A stretch of DNA of 64,000 bases from Octopus vulgaris (taxonomy: Eukaryota), in the NCBI GenBank assembly GCA_951406725.2, contig OX597819.1, positions 65,100,001 to 65,164,000 on the forward strand, read 5' to 3'. Both the position numbers and the translations under genes were made by a program. The notes under the pieces were generated by a model, which had not been told where the DNA came from, searched no databases, and saw only the letters and a program-made list of their open reading frames with translations. Positions within the stretch are counted from its first letter, which is position 1. Each line of letters opens with the position of its first letter. Shown piece by piece: positions 55,610 to 64,000 of this stretch.

Positions 55610-58239
55610 ATAGTAGTAGTAGTAGTAGTAGTAGAAGAAGAATAATTAATATTGCTATTCCATTGCTGAAGTGGCATATACTGATACAGATTCGGCGAAA
55701 TATAACTGGTTAATCCAAATGATTTTCTTTAGCGTTCCACTTATTGTCTTGACTTAAGCGTACCTAAATTTTGCATCTATCTGTGATATCGAAATCATCG
55801 GCATATCATTTATTTTATTGTTTTACTGTAACTTCTATTTTGTTATTTTTGCCAATATTCTTTTGGCAATTAGAATATTACAGCTATTGCCAATGTCATT
55901 GTTTTCGCAGCTGTTGTCATCGTCTTCTTCTTCTTCTTCTTCTTCTTCTTCTTCTTCTTCTTCTTCTTCTTCTTCTTCTTCTTCTTCTTCTTCTTCTTCT
56001 TCTTCTTCTTCCAATCAGGCCTCACGCCATTAGCCACAAAGAACAATCTGAGCCTACTCTAAGATACTAAGAATGCGTGTGGCAACTTGAAGATCCATCC
56101 ACCACAAGCGATACACTGGCGGTTGCACGGGCGCGAAAGCTACGTTGTTATCCTCATTCCGTAAACGGTGGCTTTTAACGGGTGGAGAGCTGAACCATAT
56201 GGGGTACAGAGGATTCGCAATCTAGACTAGGGTCTGAAAGTTTACCACACCATAGTGGGTTACACCATGGTTCCTCTGCTTTGTGGCAGAAGTAGAAAGA
56301 AAGAATGAGAGAATGTTGTGGTGGAGTACAGCGGAGTTTAACCCACTCCGCCGGAGCCTTGTAGAGCTTAGGTGTTTTTGCTCAATAAACACTCACAATG
56401 TCCGGTCTGGAAATCGAAATCGCGCTCTTACGACCGCGAGTCCGCTGCTCTAACCACTGGCCCGTTGCGCCTCCACCGCAGCTCTTGTTACTTTTGTTGT
56501 TGCTGTTGGTTTGACTCACCTGTATAAGTTAAAGGAACCTCAACACTACCCTTAATAAGAAAGAAATGTCTGTGATCAAAGGCGCTCCAGTATGACCGTT
56601 ACATTTTGGGGAATTGTTTAACTTACAGCACATTAAGTGTAATTTTTTTTATCGTGAAGCTTTGTGTCACTCTTATTGTTCGATTTATTTATATTTTCTG
56701 TCACAATTATATCGCTATTACCTTTTTGTTATCCTACAAGTATTGTTGGTTGTGCAAGATAATGTCGAAAGATATTTCCAAAAACTATCAACTATCCCCA
56801 GCGGTCTTGGAAAGCACAACTTCAAGGAACTTATTCGAGATATATCACTTAATATAATATATATAACTCACGTCAGCCAGAATTGAACAGCTGGAAGCCC
56901 AAGCTAATTGAGCATCTGGTCCTTACTCTAGACCAGGTGGATGCGAAGTTTGGCATTGTGAAGATCATTGTTCTGCAAGGTTTTTTATCGTCGATAAACT
57001 CTGATTCCAGCCCACCCCTCCGTGATCTTCTATATGTATGTTACTAGTTATCTTTTCTGCCATCGATTTAGGGTTGTTGTTTTTTTGTTGCTTGTTCCTT
57101 CTCGACCCATGACTGGCCCATAAGGGCCGGTTATCCGGTTTTATTGGTGTATAGGTTCCCCATCCGGACGGGACGCCGGTGACCTGCTAAAAGCAGGAGG
57201 AAAGAGTGAGAGAATGTTGTACAAAAGTGTCAGCAGAAGTTCGCCATTAACTTCTACCGGAGACGCATGGAGCTTAGGTGTTTCGCTCATAAACATACAT
57301 ATCGGTCGGTCTGAGATTCGAACCCGCGATTCCGCGACCGCGAGTCGGCTGCTCTAAACACTAGGCCATGTACCTCCACTTCGCTTTAAGGTGTAGAATC
57401 CTAATTCTTTCAGACTTTCCCAGAAACTCAATCCTCTTCGTTAACATCAGCCTTATCTTATCTATATCATTGCTTCTAACAATGTATTAAAATAAATATG
57501 AAAACAAAGTACGCTTGAAAATATGTATGATTGAAAATAAATCATAGTTTTGTTCCTGAATTTGTACAATAAATTTCATTAAGTTGCTGCAAGTCTTTAT
57601 CTGAGTGTAATATGTGACGACATTTCTATGTCAATACTTCTACAATGAGTAGTTTTACCGTGATTCATGGATTCTTGTTAATTCGTGTGAAGAACTGAAA
57701 TCAATAAATATCACACCACCATCTCTAATGACAACGGCACAATGGTTCCAATAAAATGAATTTTATCTGTCATCAACAGACAAGGTACGATACTAGCCAT
57801 GACGAAACTGGAATGGAGCCGAAATGTGTAGAGAATGGGTTGATAGGATCTGTTGTTATAAGATCTTAGAAGAATCAGTTGCAAGATTTCTCTCAGCAGG
57901 AGTCGAGAAAATGAATACATACATAAATAAAACGAAACACTAACACATGTGCACAAGTATATATATACATGATGGTATCCATATATATATATGTTTTTAC
58001 TTTCTTTTATACCCGAAATTTTGGGGTAGGGGTCTAGCACATTGCATCAAATGGTACTTAATATATCGACCCTGAAAGGACGAAAGGCAAAGTCCACCTC
58101 GGTAGAATTTGAACTCAGAACGTAAAGAAAGACAAAATACCTCTAAGCATTTTGCCAGACGTGCTAAGGTTGCTGCTAGCTCGCCAACTTGATATGTATA
58201 CATATATCCATATGTACGAAAATATATATTATGGTTATA

Positions 58240-58504
58240 TATACATAATATATACACACACACACATTCATATACATACATACATACATGCATACATATA
58301 TATATATATATATATATACATATATATAGATGGGTGTGTGTATGCGTATAAATGCATGTAAGTATGGATGTATGGATGTATGTATGTATGTATACGTATG
58401 TATGTGTGTATGTGTGTATGTATATATATGTGTGTGTATATATGTTTGTGTATGTATATATATGTGTATGTATGTGTGTGTATATGTATGTGTGTATGTG
58501 TATG

Positions 58505-58560
<56 letters not shown>

Positions 58561-59442
58561 TATGTATCTGTATGTAGGAGTATATATGTGTGTGTGTGTA
58601 TGTATATGCGGGTATATATATATATATATGTATATTTATTGGTGTATATGTATAGACTAGCCTCCTAAAGTATAGACACGAATCTGTAGGTACGAGTACG
58701 TATGTGTATATACGTGAACGTATGTAGATGTTTGTATGTATGAATATAACGCGTGCGTACGTGTATGTGTATGAGTGTACGAATGGGTGAATGTACGTGC
58801 TAATGAGTGTGCGTGCGGGAATGAGTACTTGCCTTCTAGTAGACAGACAAATGGACATGCAGCCATTGCCAGGATTCTTAGCCCTAGCGATCAAAGATAA
58901 CAAAAGTAATAAATGAAGATAATAAAATTAAAATTAGGGAATGGGCCTGTATTGGATTGTATATATATATATATGTATATGTATATTTGTATGTATGTAT
59001 GTGTGTATGTGTAGGTATGTATAGGTACACATGTGTATGTGTATGTGTATGTATATATGTGTGTATGTATGTATGTGCACACATGTGTATATATATGTAT
59101 GCGTGTATATGTTTATATATATATGTGTACATAGGTGTATGTGGGTGTATGTATATATAGGTGTAAATATGTGTATATAGGGAACTAGGTGTGTTGTGTG
59201 TGCATGAGTGTATGTGCGTATGAATATATATTTTTATGTGTATATATGTATGTGTGGTCGTGGGTATATATATATATATATATATACATGTGTGTATGCG
59301 TGCATGCATGGGAGTGAGTGTATGCATATATACGTGTGTGTATGTGTAGACAGGTATAGGCATGTGCATGTGTATAAATTTGTATATGTGGGCGGGTGTA
59401 TGTATGTGTGTATGTAGATATGTATGTATGTGTGTACATGTG

Positions 59443-59491
<49 letters not shown>

Positions 59492-59545
59492 ATATATATG
59501 TGTATGTATGTAAGTGTGTGTAGATACGTATACATGTGTGTATAG
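58240..59545. repeat. Degenerate alternating purine-pyrimidine (TA/TG/CA) field
   Basis: Direct reading. Similar fields at 16320-16840, 31480-31890, 40690-40930, 41730-42200, 45380-45780 and 51680-51815. Confidence 0.9.
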
Positions 59546-59892
59546 GTATAAGTGAGAATCTCCTTATTTACCTATAACTCTATCCCCCCTTTTTTTATAT
59601 ATATATTTTTTTATATATATATCTTATATATATATTTTTATATATATTTTTTTATATATATTTTTTATATTTTTTATTTTTTTATTTTTTATTATATTTT
59701 TTTATTTTATTTTTTTATTTTTTATTTTTTATTTTTTTTTATTTATCTATTCTTTCATCTAAATTACCACTGACTCCTTGACCACTCCCCCAAGTATGAT
59801 ATTTTGCGCTATGCCTACCCCCAAAAAGTCCCCCACCACCACTCCTTTAAACCTGCCTAAATGTATAAATGCTAATACAATTCTTGTTAAAT

Positions 59893-59943
59893 AGCTTCCT
59901 GAAGATTTCTCTTGAATGAAACAGTACTAGTCCTGTAGAAGCT
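59893..59943 (+). ncRNA. Type-I hammerhead ribozyme
   Basis: AGCTTC-CTGAAGA-TTTC(TCTT)GAAT-GAAACAG(TACTAGTC)CTGTA-GAAGCT. Stem I 6 bp; stem III 4 bp with palindromic ACTAGT in the loop; the first stem II pair is a T-T mismatch. Confidence 0.78.
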
Positions 59944-60220
59944 CCTTCTATATAATAAATTAATATATATATATATATGTATATGTATATAACGATAACT
60001 CTGCTCAACATAAACATAACGACGTAAGAAATTTGAAAAGCTAAATGCGAAACCGGTCTTTCTTCTAAATTATGTCATTGTAAGAAAAAAATTTATAATA
60101 TTCTTCAGACATATTGACTCAAATATATATTTTTTAACCTTTTAAAAAAAACTTCTGTAGTTTTTTCACTTTTTACTATTTTCTATATATTCAACCACGT
60201 GCTTTCACAAACCAACTTTC

Positions 60221-60314
<94 letters not shown>

Positions 60315-60543
60315 CTCTATCTATCTATCTATATATATATATATAATATTCGTAGCCACTTTAACATGGCTATTCATTCGAGCGGAGTCTTCTGCGATTT
60401 TTTAAAATTGCGAAAAGAGCAGCGAACACCTACCATGTCCTAGCGACGGTACCAGTAGGCCAGTCCTGGTTTCGGGTTATTTGTGGCACTCCTCAGTACT
60501 GGACACCTCGTCTGATAAACTTATTAGCAGCTCGCTCGGCACG

Positions 60544-60594
<51 letters not shown>

Positions 60595-60824
60595 CATATA
60601 TATACATATGTATGTATGTATTTATGTATATATGTATGTGTGTGTATGTGATTTTAATGATTTGTATGATGTTTTTTATAATTTTTATTCTTATGTATTG
60701 AATTATAAGTTGTATATGTATGCTATTAAGGTTTTAATTTTTTTAAATGAATAAATAATTCATCATTCTAATATCCGAAAGATGATGAACAAACTAAATG
60801 TGTTTCTCCATTTTCTTATTTGTA

Positions 60825-60895
<71 letters not shown>

Positions 60896-61379
60896 AATCT
60901 CTTCCTGAGTCTTGAAGTTAAATAATATTAAATACACTTACACACCTACGTATATACCTGAACACAAGCACCATGCACACACAAACACACGTGCCCCCAA
61001 GTTCACGAAATCAAAACGTATATCGTACATATATTTTAAACTTTAACATTTTCTATTCACTTATACTTCATATGTCTGAACATAATCTTTAAAGTGCCAT
61101 GGAACCACTCCTTTATTCTTTTATTCTTTTATTTCTTTCAGTCATTTGACTATGGCCATGCTGGAGCACCGCCTTTTGGCGAGCAAATCGACCCCAGCAC
61201 TTATTCTTTGTAAGCCTAGTACTTATTCTATCGGTCTCTTTTGCCGATACGGGGACGTAAACATACGATGTTGAGGGGGGGACAAACACAGACACACAAG
61301 CGATGTTGGGGGGGGACAAACACAGACACGGAAACACATACACACTCGCATGCATATATATATGTACATATATATATAA

Positions 61380-61418
<39 letters not shown>

Positions 61419-61833
61419 TGTATGCGACAGGCTTCTTATAGTTTCCGTCTACCAAATCCACTCACAACGCTTTGGGCGGCTCAAGGCTATAGTACAAAAC
61501 ACTTGCTTAAGGTCTCACGCAGTGGGACTGAACCCGGAACCATGTGGTAGGTAAGCAAGCTACTTAAGACGCAGCCACTCCTACGCCTGTGCAATCAATT
61601 TTATAATCACTATGTAATTCATAATTATTAGCTTATTTCTGCAAACCAAAATTTCCAAGTGAGATTTAAAACAATTTTGCATTGGCGATGTGATTTCATT
61701 GTTTCATAATAAGGTATATGGTTTCTTATAAATTTTCAATGTCAGGCAACGCATTAAATCTTGCATATAAAAAAGCTAGTTTAATGTGGGGATTTTAATT
61801 AAACATCATATTATATATCGAGGAACGTCCACA

Positions 61834-61986
<153 letters not shown>

Positions 61987-62624
61987 CACATAATACACAT
62001 AATACACATACATATATATGCGTTTATAAACGTTTATATATGTGATATGTGTCTAAGCGTTCTGCGTTTGCTTGTGCGTATCTAACAACCAGCTACATCC
62101 GGTTTTATCAAATAATGTAAATTTTGTTGTTAAAGGGGAAAGTAGAATAAATTAAATTGTAGATATTGAATGAAATTCAATCTTTATCACAATATTTAAT
62201 AATATGAGTCATTCCACAAAATGCAACAACATTTATATTATCATTTATATCGCCTGACTATTATAAACTACAATATGAACATTGTTATATTCTTCAATTG
62301 GAATAATTCTATGAAATATAATCTTTAATAATCAGAACTCTCTCTACAAAAATGCTACGGTAAAGTAAATACTTCAGATAATAACGATCAGTAAGAAAGA
62401 ATTGTCTACGTATATTCCTTATTTGTTGATTTAGTGTTTTTCGAAATAGAGACTGTTTATTTATAAATAGAATGCAGGCAGCTGCAATTGCATGAAACCA
62501 AAGGTAGAATGGTAAATCCACAGTCATATCTATGTGTGTGTGTGTTTGTGTGTATACATATATGCCTGTTGGCATGTATATTTATATGCATGTACGTATG
62601 TATGTATGTATGTAGGGATTGTAT

Positions 62625-63245
62625 ATAACCAGGGAACTAAGAAGTACCAGCTTTGCTAGAAATAAGAGTCAAAAATACTCCGAAGCCACAAGAATTAACA
62701 CTAGATTTTCACAGCCATGGTGGGGAAAAAGACACTAAGCGAATAAGGATTGCATAATTACAAGAAAGAATGACAGTCAAGCTTGTATCATGATTTGGAC
62801 TTTAGCGCCAAAAGCACTTAATTCTCTTGCGACAAGTCTACTTATAACAATACTTATATATCACTTCAACCAATGTCTGTGTTCATTTCAGAACAAAAGC
62901 CGCTTTGACGAAACGAACTAAGCGAATTAATTTATAAATATGTAAATAACATTATTATTTATCAGAGATAACAATGTTAGTGTCCGCAAGCTTAAAACCG
63001 TGTATGCAAAATTAGTAGATGTATATAAATATTTATAAGAATTATATATAACAACTGCCATTCTTTTTTGTAATTTTGCAGGGGTAGTATGCAATCCCTA
63101 ATTTCTCGCAATTTTGCAGAGGTAATGTGCAATCCTTAATTTTTTTCGAACTATGCTTGTGAAAATTTAATGTTAGTTCTTATGGCATCGAATATATTTC
63201 ACTCTTATTTCTAGCGAAGCTGGTGCTTCTTAGTGCTCTTGTTAT
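62625..63245. mobile_element. MITE / non-autonomous DNA transposon with long (~105-135 bp) imperfect TIRs
   Basis: ATAACCAGGGAACTAAGAAGTACCAGCTTTGCTAGAAATAAGAGT... at 62625 aligns by eye to the reverse complement of ...ACTCTTATTTCTAGCGAAGCTGGTGCTTCTTAGTGCTCTTGTTAT ending at 63245; no internal ORF. Confidence 0.7.
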
Positions 63246-63286
63246 TAACATTGTTATTTTATATGAGTAGTAACGTTCTTTATATG

Positions 63287-64000
63287 CAGGATGTTTTAAA
63301 AAAATTGATATCATTGAGATGTAAATAAAACAGAAACTTCATAGTCAAAGCACATGAAAATAAATAGGCTTGATGTTGAGTAACATAAGATTTATTCCTC
63401 CTAATTTGAATGAGAAAGTCAAAGGTATGTCGATTCCATGAACCATTTCGCATCGCCAGTCACATTTCCCTCAAAGAAAAATGGGCTTCTTAGAGATAGC
63501 GCAGAACACATTCACTTTTGGTGAGCCTCACATGGGAATTTTCTTCGCCCCAAATGCGAACTTTATGGTTATTGACTTTGCCATTCATCACTGAAAACAA
63601 GACGTTCATTGAACTCGGCTTCTTCAAGTTTCTTTTGCATATAAACACAGAATTGTTTACCCTTTTGCTTGTCATCTGCCGTTATGCCCTGAACAAGCTG
63701 CAGCTTGTAGCGTTTCATTAGCAAGCGTTTCCTCAGGACGCGCCTAACTGTCGTTGAAAGAATCTGGGTTTCCAGACCTTTACATCTTATCCGATGCTAG
63801 TGGTCGTCCAGATCCTTTTGCTCTACACAGACAGCCTTCCTCCTTGAATTATTTGTGCCATGTCCAAATCTGTATTTCCTTTGGTGACTTTTTAGAGAAT
63901 TCTCTCAGAAATGCACGCTGCATAGTCTGGTTCGACTGTGATTGAGCATACTCGAAGGCCTTTTCTATTCCAGTGAATGCCAATTCTATACCTGGAAAGA
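63287..64000 (-). mobile_element. Decayed Tc1/mariner-superfamily (maT/rosa-like) element, runs off the window end
   Basis: Minus-strand remnants QRAFLREFSKKSP, KGSGRP, KRYKLQLVQ, NGKVNNHKVRIWGEEN (cf. NGxVNxHNxRxWGxENP). TIR-like CAGGATGTTTTAAAAAAATTG near 63287. C-terminal DDD region appears deleted. Confidence 0.7.

Overview
Eukaryotic, AT-rich, microsatellite-saturated DNA. The SINE repertoire and the (TA)n/(TG)n/(TAA)n density resemble a cephalopod (Octopus-like) genome; this is an inference, not a database result. No intact host protein-coding gene is recognisable, and most track ORFs are microsatellite artefacts. The window is a transposon landscape. It holds a full-length 6.1-kb GC-rich Helitron (RepHel with nine 23-aa N-terminal repeats and only three lesions), a full-length decayed Tc1 (DD34E) element, a mariner/maT-like remnant, a long-TIR MITE and a probable solo LTR. 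It also holds R4/Dong-like retrotransposon pieces stacked in (TAA)n arrays, an L1/Tx1-like fragment and at least four tRNA-derived SINE families. The main hidden signal is a set of type-I hammerhead ribozyme motifs, folded by hand, in short Penelope-like pseudo-LTR remnants that all sit next to (TA)n tracts. Three have canonical cores (20.2, 39.0 and 59.9 kb) and there are further variant or degenerate copies; one lies in the loop of a perfect 85-bp inverted repeat. Boundaries of decayed repeats are approximate.
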